Numbered from the whole stretch's first letter, positions 27,101 to 39,251 are shown. The stretch: 63,765 nucleotides of DNA, filler included, from Neoconidiobolus thromboides FSU 785 (GCA_025603075.1; 4 parts of 4 records of this genome joined end to end with filler, not necessarily neighbours in it), one strand, 5' to 3'. Notes: generated by a model not told the origin, from the letters alone. Made by a program: numbers and translations.

Positions 27101-27194
27101 TTTATTTTTGTTTAAGAATTTACTAACAATCACTCCATTCAAATAACGCTTAAAAGATGGAAAAAGTAATGAAATAAAAAAAACATCCCTATAT
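27101..27194 (+). mobile_element. MITE-like element, left end eroded
   Basis: TTTTTGTTTAAGAATTTACTAACAA...CGCTTAAAAGATGGAAAAAGTAATGAAA...ACATCCCTATAT. Confidence 0.8.
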
Positions 27195-27592
27195 CATGAT
27201 TTAATAAAATTACAATAGCTTGCATTAAAATATAACATGTCTTTTTTGGTTTCATCATCTTTTCTATCTTTTAGGCGTTATTAGGTGTGGGGAAAATAAA
27301 ATTCCAAAGCGAAAAAGGCATATCCATATAAAATATTTTCAATATTTTATTTTTGTAATTTTATTTTTATAATTTTGACAAACACTAATAACGAACTAAT
27401 AGCGTTTATTTAAAATTTTTATTTAACAATCAATAACAATCTTTATGAAAAAATAACATGAGGATGAAAATTTTTAATCTTTTAAATATAATGATTTATA
27501 TACAAATATATATAATATTTAAAACAATTAATACCGAGTTATGCATAAATTATAAAATACTTTATATATCCTCTCTATAAAAAACTACAATG

Positions 27593-29592
27593 TTATTCCA
27601 ATATTTTGGACATATAAGGACCATCTAGAGAATATCCTAATTTAGCATAGTAATGACGAGTACCAACACCTAATAAATGATAATTAACATAATTTATCGT
27701 TTAACTACTTTAATTTTACCTGCGATAACTGCTAATTTAGACGAAAGATGCTCTTCTCTTGCAATACGCTCAGCTTCTTCCATAAGGAGAGTACCGTAAC
27801 CTTGATGCTGAAAAGTAGTAGGATCTCTAGCATGAATAGGTACAGCAGTACCATAAACATGTAATTCTCTAACAATGGATTGTGGTTGGTCATCAATAAG
27901 TAACTCTTTCCTGAATGTTGTGTCAGAACATTTTCTAAGTCTTAATAATCCAACTAAAATATCAGTTTTAGGATCTTCATAAGCTAAAAATGTTTCCCAG
28001 CCTCCATTTGCGTAATAATCTCGACGAATTAGCTCCACTTGATCTGGTTTCACTTTTTCGTGAATATCTACAATTCCGACTTCTCTTGTTCTAACATCCC
28101 TACATTTCGTACCCAAATCTTTCATTCTAGCTAATGCTAATTCTCTCAAGTTACCATGTTCAACACCACTGGATACTAAAGGCATAGGTATATCTCTTTG
28201 TACACGATAAACTCTGGTCCAAGGTGGTACTAAAGCTAGGATTCTAGCTACCAAATCTACTAAAGCATTAGGTGTATAATTCTTGTACCTACCAGTACGC
28301 CACAATTCGTAAAGGCCAGTACCACGAATAACTAAAGTGGGATATAGTTTCAAACCATCTGATCTGAAATTTGGATTTTCAAAATATTCTCGAAACTGTT
28401 CAATATCTCTCTCCATCCCAACATTTGGTAAATCAGGCATCATGTGTGCAACTACTTTATAACCTGCATCTTTACTCATTTGGAAACTCTCACACACAGC
28501 TCTTACAGTATGTCCCCTGATTTATTTAATAATAGTTTAATTATGAATTGTCTAACTATTTTTACCTGTTTGTATCTCTAGCAACATCTTCATAAACAGA
28601 TTGAACACCAATTTCCAATCTAGTACAACCGTATCTCAAAAGTTGACTAGAAATTACGATTAAGATAAATAAATTATATAACTTAGTTTAATACCTTAAA
28701 TGTGATTTTAAACAATAATCTGGTCTAGTTTCAATGGTAATCCCAATACACTTAGTAACTGATTGTTGACTCATTCTAACTGCTTCTTCGACTGTAGTGG
28801 AGTTATTTCCGGATAAAGCGTCATGTAACTGAATAATGAAGTTATCTCTATATTCTTGGCTCATACTCATAAATGTTCCACCCATAATAATATACTCTAC
28901 CTAATTTCAAGAAATTAACAAAAAGACGCTAAAGTCATGTACAAAATTACTTTATCTACTGAATGGCCTAATTGCTTTAATTGTTCAATTCTTCCTTGTG
29001 CTTGCTCAAAGCCGTTATAACGAGCACGGATAGCACGCATAGAAGTGGGTTCATATCCAGTATAACTCTGTGTTGAATACTCGAAATCAGAATCAGGCCC
29101 ACCTGGGCAATATCTAATAAGGTAAGTTAAATTCAATTTTGTCATTGGTTAATTTACTTACACGCAAATATTTCCTGTCATTGCAATATGCGGGCATCTA
29201 TGGGGTTTACACATCACAGCAACAACAGCAATCTAATAAATTATTTATTTAGGTTTTGTTTAAAAATAATTAAGTTTCTTACACCACTAGCGGTACGAAC
29301 AGGTTTTGCTCTAAGTTGAGGTAATAGCATTTTTTTATACTCATTAGGAACTGCTGCAATTATATCCACTAATCTAGGTTGACTACTTAATTTATTCATT
29401 CTTGAAAATTTTTGTTTTAATCCATTTAAATTCATTTCTTTCCCTTTTTCGATTCCTTCTATTAATGCTCTTACAATCTGCTGACAGCATAGTAAGAGTC
29501 TTTCGCTTTGGCTTGCTATAATTCTTTGGCTTTAATATTTTGATAATAGTAATGATTTTTCTTCACTCACCTTGCTTTTCTTTCGCTACCAT
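27593..29592 (-). CDS. ELP3: Elongator complex catalytic subunit (radical SAM + KAT), multi-exon
   Basis: [105 protein letters not shown] and final exon [22 protein letters not shown]. Confidence 0.98.
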
Positions 29593-31254
29593 TTTGTCTA
29601 TTTTTTATAAAAAATTATCCTGTTTTTTATCAAGGTAATCTAATATCCAATTTTTATTTTTATTGGTTTAATTACCTTTTTTCCATTCAAAAAAATAGCT
29701 TTAAATCAAACTTTTGCTCGGTTACTGCAATTTGACTTTGACTGGGTTTTTGGATCATTTTTAAATTGAGTTGCTATTTTTGAAAGTAACATTTGGAATT
29801 TTTTTTCATTTTCAGTTATTTGTCCACTTATAAATAAGCTTAAAATTTATAAAACAGTGGGGGCAAGGGTTTCTAATCAAAATACATGCACATTTTAATG
29901 ATTTTAGCAAAATAAACTTAAAATCAATTAATTTTCAGAAAAAACTTAAAGTTGGAAAAGGAAAGAAAACAATTTTAAAAATTTGCTTTAATTATAATGT
30001 AGGTTAACTAAGAAAATTCTCATATTATATGAAAGCTTTAAGTTGTAGCTTTTTTTACTTCACTAAGCATTATAGTAAATTTAATAAATGAAGGCTATTT
30101 TATGACGGCTATTAGCTCTTAATTTTAGATGAGCAGTTGTTTTAAGATAAATTTTTGATTTCAAAAGTATATTTCTAAAGTAATCAAACATATTGATAAT
30201 TTATTCAAAAGTACAAACTACTATATGAAATATTGAATTATGACTAATGTTCAGATATTTCGGATGGTTACATTCAAAATAGAGCTAAAGTAAAGACTTG
30301 ACTTAGATTGTCTTGAGTTTCCAAATATGAATTTTTAAATTCACTTTCAAAACCTTCAAGTTGAACGTGGTCAAAATAAAAGAATAGCAGCTATAAATAT
30401 TTTGAAAACTTGTATGTAATTTTTTATTATTTTAATATTTATAAATAAATAGCATTAATGAAATGATATAATCCCAACGCTATGATATTACTAATTGATG
30501 TTTTGAAGGTATTGTTTATAATATACCAATTGTTGCTGATTTATTCATTTTTTAAAGGTAAAAAACTAGATATACAGATATATATATATAAAAGAATACA
30601 TGATATAGTGAATCAATTGTCCCGTTGATGTTATATATTATATTCTACTTAATAATTTATTCTAGATATTATTACTTTTAATATAATAATAACAATAATA
30701 AAGGTAGCTGGAGTTATAAAAATTTAAGTGTAATAATTTAGCATAAAAATTAGAGTATTTACACTGATTTAGTCAAATGGAGCAAATTTTGATTAAAATC
30801 AATGCTTTGTTCACCAAACTTAAAAGGAATAAAACATCATACAATATAAAACAATTAATTTTAATATTAAAGAAAGATAGTGCAATATCAAATTAATGGA
30901 TAATGAATTAGGGTAGAGAACCACCAAATAAAAAGATTAAGCGAGTAAAGTCACCTATTTGAAATTTCAATTAAAAAATCAGAAAGAATAATATACAATA
31001 ATTAAAAAGAGGAACTTGGAAGGGTAACTGCTATGCAAATAAAATAAAAGCTTTGAGATAATTAAACAAAATTAGCGGTACCGAATAGATGAAATTAATT
31101 GGTAAAATAATATATAAAGGGATCAAAGTTTACGTTGAAATAACAATAATAATATTTTACACAAAGTTATCTTAGAAACGTATTGAGATAATTTAAAAAC
31201 TAATTTAATTATATTCAAAAGTATTGTTCAATAAAATAATAATTAGATAATAAA

Positions 31255-32732
31255 ATGAAATCTCAAATAATCGCCGCTATTTGTTTGGCTATCATTACCG
31301 GTAATGTACAGGCTAATGATCAGGTTAACGCTGTTGATTCTTTGAATTTAAGTGGTAATGCTATCCCCGCTTATCAAGTAGAAGAACACTCCCAAGCTTA
31401 TAAAGTAGATCCTCCAATCACTGAGCCAAAGTATCCAGTAGATCCACCTGCCACAACCTCTACTGCTGTAGTTCCACCAGTAGAAACTACCACTGAAGTT
31501 GAACCGCCAACTACTTCTACTCCTACTGAACCAAAATATCCAGTAGAACCCCCAGTAACCACTAATCCACCAGTAGAGCCACCAGTTACTTCTACTCCTC
31601 CGGTAGAACCACCAGTTACTACTTCTACTGCTGTAGTCCCACCAGTAGAAACTACCACTGAAGTTGAACCCCCAACTACTTCTACTCCTACTGAACCNNN
31701 NNNNNNNNNNNNNNNNNNNNNNNNNNNNNNNNNNNNNNNNNNNNNNNNNNNNNNNNNNNNNNNNNNNNNNNNNNNNNNNNNNNNNNNNNNNNNNNNNNNN
31801 NNNNNNNNNNNNNNNNNNNNNNNNNNNNNNNNNNNNNNNNNNNNNNNNNNNNNNNNNNNNNNNNNNNNNNNNNNNNNNNNNNNNNNNNNNNNNNNNNNNN
31901 NNNNNNNNNNNNNNNNNNNNNNNNNNNNNNNNNNNNNNNNNNNNNNNNNNNNNNNNNNNNNNNNNNNNNNNNNNNNNNNNNNNNNNNNNNNNNNNNNNNN
32001 NNNNNNNNNNNNNNNNNNNNNNNNNNNNNNNNNNNNNNNNNNNNNNNNNNNNNNNNNNNNNNNNNNNNNNNNNNNNNNNNNNNNNNNNNNNNNNNNNNNN
32101 NNNNNNNNNNNNNNNNNNNNNNNNNNNNNNNNNNNNNNNNNNNNNNNNNNNNNNNNNNNNNNNNNNNNNNNNNNNNNNNNNNNNNNNNNNNNNNNNNNNN
32201 NNNNNNNNNNNNNNNNNNNNNNNNNNNNNNNNNNNNNNNNNNNNNNNNNNNNNNNNNNNNNNNNNNNNNNNNNNNNNNNNNNNNNNNNNNNNNNNNNNNN
32301 NNNNNNNNNNNNNNNNNNNNNNNNNNNNNNNNNNNNNNNNNNNNNNNNNNNNNNNNNNNNNNNNNNNNNNNNNNNNNNNNNNNNNNNNNNGAAGTTGAAC
32401 CACCAACAACTTCAACTCCTACTGAACCAAAATATCCAGTAGATCCACCTGAAACTACTTCTACTTCTGTAGTCCCACCAGTAGAAACTACCACTGAAAC
32501 ATCAGTAACTTACACTACTACTACCGAAGTTGAACCACCAACAACTTCTACTTCTACCAAGCCAAAATATCCAGTAGATCCACCTGAGACTTCTACTTCA
32601 GCTACTTCTACCACTGAAGTCGAGCCACCTGTAACCTCTACTCCTACTCAACCAAAGTACCCAACTGATCCAACACCAATTGAACCACCATCAGTGTCTT
32701 CTCACAAATATGAAGTTGGACCAGAATATTAG
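31255..32732 (+). CDS. Secreted Pro/Thr/Glu/Val-rich repeat protein (extensin/mucin-like) spanning a gap
   Basis: Signal peptide MKSQIIAAICLAIITGNVQA. Repeats EPKYPVD/EPP, TSTAVVPPVETTTEVEPPTTSTP occur on both sides of gap 31698-32390. The post-gap frame ends HKYEVGPEY* at 32732. Confidence 0.85.
31698..32390. other. Sized assembly gap (693 N) inside a tandem-repeat CDS
   Basis: N run with the same repeat unit on both flanks. Confidence 0.95.
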
Positions 32733-33267
32733 ATTGTAACAATTTAATTGTATCAGTTTTGAGTTTTTAAATTTTCTATTCTTATTTCCTATTAAACAAT
32801 TCATATTTTAAAATATTTTCTATTTCATAGCTATAATTTTTTTTCTTTTTTGACTCAAATATTCGGAAAATGCTATAGTATTTTAGTTTAAGCAAATGAT
32901 GGTAATGAGATTAGTATAATTTCAACTTTTTTATTTCAGCGTGCGTAAAATTAAAATGGAACTAGTTTGTTTATCTTTTAAAGCCCTACAATGTATAGGC
33001 ATGTATTATTGATTATAATAATGTATTATTCATTTACATATTTTAATTTATAATATATATATAATAAATAATTTCATAAATGAAGATGAATTAAAAACCT
33101 ATGAAAACCAATATGTAGATCAAAAGTAGAGGATTAGCAACTAAATAAAGGTGTACAAAATTTTATTTTTATACCTATCTTTTATAAAAATGAAAATACA
33201 AGTAATAAAATATAATTGATCATATTGCTTTACTAATTAAAAGTATTATATATTACTATTAAGTGTT

Positions 33268-33594
33268 ATGAACTACAATTGTAAGCCAGTTGATGAAGAC
33301 ATGACTGAGTTTGCACCTGAAAACAATGATTTACCTCCCATTTCTAATTTAGCTGAAGCTTTTATAGGTAAGAAAGTAGATAAAGCATTTTCCCCAAAGA
33401 AGGTATTATTTATTTATCAACTACTCAATCCATTTCAATATTATTCATTCTTTTATTAGATATTCCCCACTGATAAAGAGCTAGTTTATTCAGTATATAA
33501 AGAAGGCTCCCCAGTTCATTTTGATTATGTTCCAAATCGAGTTAATATTGTTTATGATGAAAATAATATTATAGAGGATATTAGTTATGGTTAA
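33268..33594 (+). CDS. Small serine protease inhibitor, I78/potato inhibitor I-like (2 exons; intron 33403-33459)
   Basis: Spliced ...AEAFIGKKVDKAFSPKK|IFPTDKELVYSVYKEGSPVHFDYVPNRVNIVYDENNIIEDISYG* fits the pattern (L/F)xG...xGxxVxxDYxxxRVNIxxD...I..I..G. The start codon is uncertain. Confidence 0.7.
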
Positions 33595-33688
33595 ATATAA
33601 ATAAAAAACTGTTTATTAAAATTATGTTATTTATTTAATAAACTTGGAGTAATAAACTATTTGATTGAGTAAATTATTATTCTTAAAC

Positions 33689-34252
33689 TTACTGGAAGTA
33701 AGCAGCAACGGCAAGGGGAAGAAGCATCATGCTTGAAGCTAAAATTGAAGCTGAAGAGCCTGGATCAGATGGTTTAGGTTTAGTGCTTGTGCTAGATGAT
33801 CTTGAGGAGGAGGATGCTTTAGATGATTCAGATTTAGATGATTCAGATTTAGATGATTCAGATTTGGAGGACTCAGATGAAGATTTGCTTTCTGAAGATT
33901 TAGTTTCAGAGGATTTTTCTGAGGTAGAAGTAGAGGTTGGGGTGCTCTTGGTTTCGGTAGTTTTAGTTTCTGATTTAGTTTCTGATTTAGTGGTTGGCTT
34001 ATCAGATATTTTAGTAGTATCTTTTTGATAATCAAGGTAAATTTTTTTGACACAAGCTTCGAAACAAGAGTCACCTCCACCACTAGTGGTACATTCAGCA
34101 TTACAATTTTGAGTACCAATAGCTTGATCCTCAGTTGGATCAGGTAAACCTAAGCATTTGACAATGCAAGTAAGGTCTCGATTTCCGCATCCGCAGCTGG
34201 CGGCAATGGCACTGCTAATACTGGCAAGTAATACAACGAGTTGGAACTTCAT
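33689..34252 (-). CDS. Putative GPI-anchored Ser/Thr-rich cell-surface protein with small Cys-rich N-terminal domain
   Basis: Signal peptide; 8-Cys domain (CGCGNRDLTCIVKCLGLPDP...CNAEC...CFEAC); SSKSE repeats; hydrophobic tail PGSSASILASSMMLLPLAVAAYFQ. Confidence 0.85.
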   Translation of the reverse strand: MKFQLVVLLASISSAIAASCGCGNRDLTCIVKCLGLPDPTEDQAIGTQNCNAECTTSGGGDSCFEACVKKIYLDYQKDTTKISDKPTTKSETKSETKTTETKSTPTSTSTSEKSSETKSSESKSSSESSKSESSKSESSKSESSKASSSSRSSSTSTKPKPSDPGSSASILASSMMLLPLAVAAYFQ

Positions 34253-34986
34253 CTTAATAGTACTAAGAATGTTTACTTTAAAATCAACTTTTTGTTTCTT
34301 ATAGTTTTAGATGGAGAATTTACATTCGGGCTCTCAGCCAATCAGTGAGTAGAAAAACTTGGGTTTATTAATAGTTGGTTTACGCTTAATTATTTATAGA
34401 ACCACTCTAGCTATTTTAAGTGATATATTTCCATTTATAGTCTATTTTTCAATTTTCTTTTCTATAATTAAGTTGAAATGAAATTTGCTTTTGCTTTAAA
34501 TAACTTCCTAAGCTTCTTTCGAAAGCTTTTTAGCCCCGTTTTTGAATCATTTGTTTCCTTTTTACATTAGACCAGTAATTTGACCTTATATTTATCAATA
34601 AAATATATATTTGAATTAATAGTTGGGTTTAATAATAAATCTAAACAACTTGAAGATTATTTAAAGAACAAAATATAAAGACATTATAAAAAAGTCATAC
34701 AAAAATGAATAGGATTTAGTAAATATGCTAAAGTTTTTTTGCTACTATCCCAAGTTCTTAAATAGGACATTAAAGTTTCCACTAGTTGATCTTAATTTAA
34801 AAGCACTATCTTAGCTGCATTATTTTAGCCAATGGTGTTATTAGCGTTCAACCATGATTAAGTAAGGGGAGGATACATTCGATAATAGCAACTTTAAATT
34901 CTATAATTTTTACGCTGTCTTCTATTAAACAAATATTGTTAAAATAGTATAAAAAATTTGTTGATAATGCTGTAAATCGGTTTTTA

Positions 34987-35070
34987 AATCCTAACCAAGT
35001 CATACTCCTTTACAATTTTGTAAACCCGAATGGAAATCTTTCCTGGTGAAGGAGCTTTTCCTCCCATCCT
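34987..35070 (-). mobile_element. Possible eroded non-LTR retrotransposon RT fragment
   Basis: Minus-strand translation GGKAPSPGKISIRVYKIV resembles the LINE motif KAPGPDGI...YK. Short and isolated. Confidence 0.3.
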
Positions 35071-35306
35071 TCAAAACTAAATAACTAAAAAAGTTGTGAA
35101 ATCTCACAAACTGAGCTCTTTAGATTTTTTACTACTAATTAGGATAATAATTTGATTTTCTAATTGTTATCTTACTTCTGTTATCTTAATCAACACTGCC
35201 TTGGACACACAACTTTTAAAAATATGTAGAAAAATAAGTTATTAATATAAAAATAGTTTAACATAAAGATAAAGCAGCCTCGATAACATAAGCAAATTTT
35301 GTTTGA

Positions 35307-35375
35307 ATATGTAGGGATGTTTTTTTATTTAAGAATTTTACTAATAATCTTAAACACAAAAATACATCCACATAT
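35307..35375. mobile_element. 69-bp derivative made of two inverted left ends of the MITE
   Basis: ATATGTAGGGATGTTTTTTTATTTAAGAATTTTACTAATAATCTTAAACACAAAAATACATCCACATAT. Confidence 0.7.
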
Positions 35376-35713
35376 TGTGTTTAAATAAATTTATTGACAT
35401 ATTAGGCTGGTGAAACCATTCTATAGGATTAAATCTAAAGGCTCAAAGCTATTAGTGCTATTTCAGAGTTTTAAAACTAGTTTCAGAATTTACCTTTAAT
35501 AAAAATTGAGACAAACTAGAACGTAAAAAGATACGCTGTATAACCGAATCCTTAAAATAATAGCTTATTTAAAAACCTCTTGATTCACTTAATGTTGCCA
35601 TTGATACCTCTAATTATTTTAAATAATTAAGTATTATAACCAATTTCTAACAAAACCATAAACAAAACATCACTTTAAATATATCAATTTTTATTACACA
35701 AATTTCAAATAAA

Positions 35714-37252
35714 TTATAATAAATCAGCAATTGGCTGATAACCTTGTAGTGAATTAAGAATTGAAACAACAGTAGCTAATTTCTGCTCATTAGAACGTAC
35801 CTCTTGTAAGTTCAAGTTATTCATTGAAATATAAGACTCAGGTAAGGGATTAGGTACTCTAATTTTACCTCGAGTTTGACGATCTGATGGTGAAATTACC
35901 TTTTGTAATACGCCATTAAATCCATTTTTTACCATAGCTTGAATTTGAGTGTCAAAATCTTCATTAGCTCTACGACCAACTCTAGGTGGATTACTGATAC
36001 CAAACAAATTCGTTGGAAAGGTTGGTGGGGTGAAAAAACCATTATTTCCGGTGCTTCCTGTAGTTCCAGTAGTTCCAGTGTTCCCAGTAGTGCCAGTACT
36101 TCCAGTATTCCCAGTAGATCCAAACAAGTTTCCAAATGGGTTGCCTGAAGTTCCGAATGGGTTGCCAAATAAATTTCCAAATGGATTACTTGAAGTTCCA
36201 GTGCTTCCAGTAGACCCAGTTCCAGTAGACCCAGTTCCAGTAGACCCAGTTCCAGTAGACCCAGTTCCAGTAGATCCAGTTCCAGTAGATCCAGTTCCAG
36301 TGGATCCGGTGCTCCCAGTAGAACCAGAGCCTGTACTTCCAGTAGATCCAGTGGACCCAGAACCATTGGTAGCGCCAGTAGCGCCGGTTACAGCTTGATT
36401 ATTTGCGGACCAGCGATTATAAGTATAGCAATACCCCGGAGCTTGGGTATTAAATACAGCAGAAACTGGTACATCAAATGGTGCCATATTGTCATTTGGA
36501 GTTACTTGACCACCATTATAAGTATTTGCTAAACTTGGGTTTCTTTGTTGCCATTCATTCCACAATAAATCAATAAAACAATGGTGTAAATAAAATAGAG
36601 GATCGTTAGAAGAATACATATAAGACATATCACCACTATTCCCACCAATACCTACATGTACAGCACCATGGGGTCCATTTTCAATACCGTTATGGAATGA
36701 ATTATAATCTCTCGATTGAATGAAGATAGCCTCTACAGCTTCTGGTGAATAAAAAGAATTGATAACATTACCACCATTAAATTGACGTTGTAAACAATGT
36801 CCATTTGGAATAAAAGTCTGGAAATTATTAAACTTTGAAGCATCTCTAATACAGCCGCCTGAACCACCATTGCCTCCAAAATGATCCGGTTGAAATACAA
36901 TTGATTTTTCGGGAGATTGAGAGTCTTTTGTCCAATCCCAATAAGGAAGAATAACAGTTGGATCTACCTTTTGTAGAGCCAATTCAAATCGACGTAAAAA
37001 TTCTCGATGCCATGGGAAAAAAGCAGGTACACCATGAGCTACTGGCGAATTATTATAGTGGATACCAGAACTTATAGAGTAGTAGTTGTTTTGAGTACCA
37101 TTCAATTTGATAAAGGCATTGATAAATCTAGACAATTGATCCCCATTTAATTCTCGAATTTCAGGCCTTCTTGTAATAGTTGAACAACCTTGACCATTGA
37201 TTTTGGCTATTAAAAGCGTAATAAATACAAAGATATTAGTTATAGTAAACAT
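35714..37252 (-). CDS. Secreted tyrosinase (type-3 di-copper protein) with G/S/T repeat linker and C-terminal domain
   Basis: Signal peptide. CuA: IH...AHGVPAFFPWHREFL...LPYWDW. CuB: ENGPHGAVHVGIGG...SSNDPLFYLHHCFID. Then (GSTGT)n and NPFG/LFG repeats, VGRR and a C-terminal domain. Confidence 0.93.
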   Translation of the reverse strand: MFTITNIFVFITLLIAKINGQGCSTITRRPEIRELNGDQLSRFINAFIKLNGTQNNYYSISSGIHYNNSPVAHGVPAFFPWHREFLRRFELALQKVDPTVILPYWDWTKDSQSPEKSIVFQPDHFGGNGGSGGCIRDASKFNNFQTFIPNGHCLQRQFNGGNVINSFYSPEAVEAIFIQSRDYNSFHNGIENGPHGAVHVGIGGNSGDMSYMYSSNDPLFYLHHCFIDLLWNEWQQRNPSLANTYNGGQVTPNDNMAPFDVPVSAVFNTQAPGYCYTYNRWSANNQAVTGATGATNGSGSTGSTGSTGSGSTGSTGSTGTGSTGTGSTGTGSTGTGSTGTGSTGTGSTGSTGTSSNPFGNLFGNPFGTSGNPFGNLFGSTGNTGSTGTTGNTGTTGTTGSTGNNGFFTPPTFPTNLFGISNPPRVGRRANEDFDTQIQAMVKNGFNGVLQKVISPSDRQTRGKIRVPNPLPESYISMNNLNLQEVRSNEQKLATVVSILNSLQGYQPIADLL

Positions 37253-38639
37253 TATGTTTTATATTAATTTTTTAGTATTAACTTTTTATATTACAATTTT
37301 TATAACTTATTTACATTTGATTTTATTTGTTTTTATACTCAATCTTTCTGCTGATTTTATTAGCCTGTTGCCCCCTTAATAGTGCTATTTTTATTCTTGG
37401 GGTGGATTAAATGCTTAAACTAAATTAAGGTAAGTTCAACTAAGCCAAAATAACTCAAATTTAAATCGATTTAAAATTATTTTTGTACCTTTTTACTTAA
37501 ATTACAAGATTATAAAATTTAAATTAAATTTAAATTTAAATTTAAACTAGTTTATATTATTACACCTCTGCAGATATATATTTGTTCTATTTACTTAGTT
37601 CTTTGATTTCATAGTATCTTATAAAATTATTATATAAAAATAATTATCGATTTTACCCCTATTGAACAGGTTAACTTGATCTCTATGTTTTTGAATCTAG
37701 CTTTATAAATGTATTCTAGAAATATCAGCTTTCGACTAACAATAAATTTAGTTTTTGACTAAAAAGTCTCTTTTCTAGATGATTCAGGGAAATGTATAAA
37801 TTGAAATTCAATTAAAATTAGTCATCTCCATGTAACAAAGCATCAATAAAACCTTATTTATAGTTTATAAAACTACGGCTGCTGTAACTTTATTACGATC
37901 TAATTTGCAGTAATTTTTAGGTCTAGATATTTGTTTATTTAGGTTTTTCAAGCCTAGAATTTAGATTCTAACATAATTTTGCAAAACTTTCTTCTTTAAT
38001 AAACAATTATTTAGTTCGCAATAGAGTTGCAGCAGCTGTAACACTAGATTTAGGACTAAGACTCTAGATTTTTAACCTTAATTTCTATTTTTCTAGCTTT
38101 ATTTTTTAATGTTTTAAAATTTTAGTATTAAAATAGACCATACTTGCATCAAAATATAAGCTTAAGTGATTCTATTCTACTTGTTAATAGTTCATAAACA
38201 ACTTGCTTTTAGTATAATTTATAAAAATACATTCAAAACAAAGCTATTCTTGTTATAAAATTTTTAAATCAGTTAATAAAACTAGAAGATTTCTAACAAC
38301 TGCCAAAGTTCACTTTTAAAATAGTTTATAAATTTGGTGCTTAAAGCCTGGTTGTTTTATATTAGTTACAAAAAGCTAAAATATATAAAAAAGTATATAA
38401 AAATTTATTAAAAAACATATAAAATAAAATAAAACTATTTAACAAAATACAAAATTATATTAGTAATAATAATAATAATAATGTAGATAAAAAAAATTAT
38501 GTTAAAATATTGTTTAATCAGCTAAAAAAATAAAAAAAAGTTTAATAATAAAAAGCTGAAAATATAAATAAAGTTTAAAACCTAATTATAAAAAACATGA
38601 TGTTTTAATAAAAATGATTATAATATGCAGCATTACAAT

Positions 38640-38915
38640 TTTGAATAAAGCTGTGATATATCGCCTTGTCAGCTCCACGGTTGAGTATAGCATAATGATC
38701 ACTTGAGTTGTTGTGCTCTCGAGTTCAGAGACAATTAATCCTACGTTCTTAGTTTGATTTGCTATGAGAATTTCTAACTTCATCTCAAAGAGTGTTATCT
38801 TCTCATTTTGATATTTGTACTTGTCAGAATATAAAGAATATCTTAGAACATAGTAGCTTGAGGCTTTTTAACTGAATTATTCCCTGATATCTCGTACATT
38901 TAATGAAGCCACTAA
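38640..38915 (-). mobile_element. Possible eroded LINE APE-endonuclease fragment
   Basis: Across frameshifts the minus strand reads VASLNVRDIR, DILYIL, NVGLIVS and VIIMLYST, in the order of the LINE EN motifs SLNVRG / DILxLQE / GVAIL / INVYAP. Confidence 0.3.
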
Positions 38916-39220
38916 ATTTTCTTAATAATATTTTATGTAAATTTTACATTGGTATTGTTTATTCTATTTGTCTTACATAGTCCGTAGCCTATTACGTGCT
39001 ATTCTTCATAATTCAAGCCTACCTTAGTCACATAAATTAAGACCTTTCGACTTACAGTATAGTCAACCAGACAATAGCTGTTTTTGATTCTAATCACTAG
39101 GTACCAGATTTCACATAGCTGATAATTAACAAAATTTAATTTATAATATAAAAATTAATATTTAATAATTAATAATTAAAGTTAAAAGCAGTTTTTATTT
39201 AATTAACTAGCTATAAATTA

Positions 39221-39251
39221 AAATTCTTAAACACGAAAATATATCCCCATA
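39221..39251 (-). mobile_element. Solo left end of the MITE
   Basis: AAATTCTTAAACACGAAAATATATCCCCATA, about 30 bp before a full copy. Confidence 0.65.
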
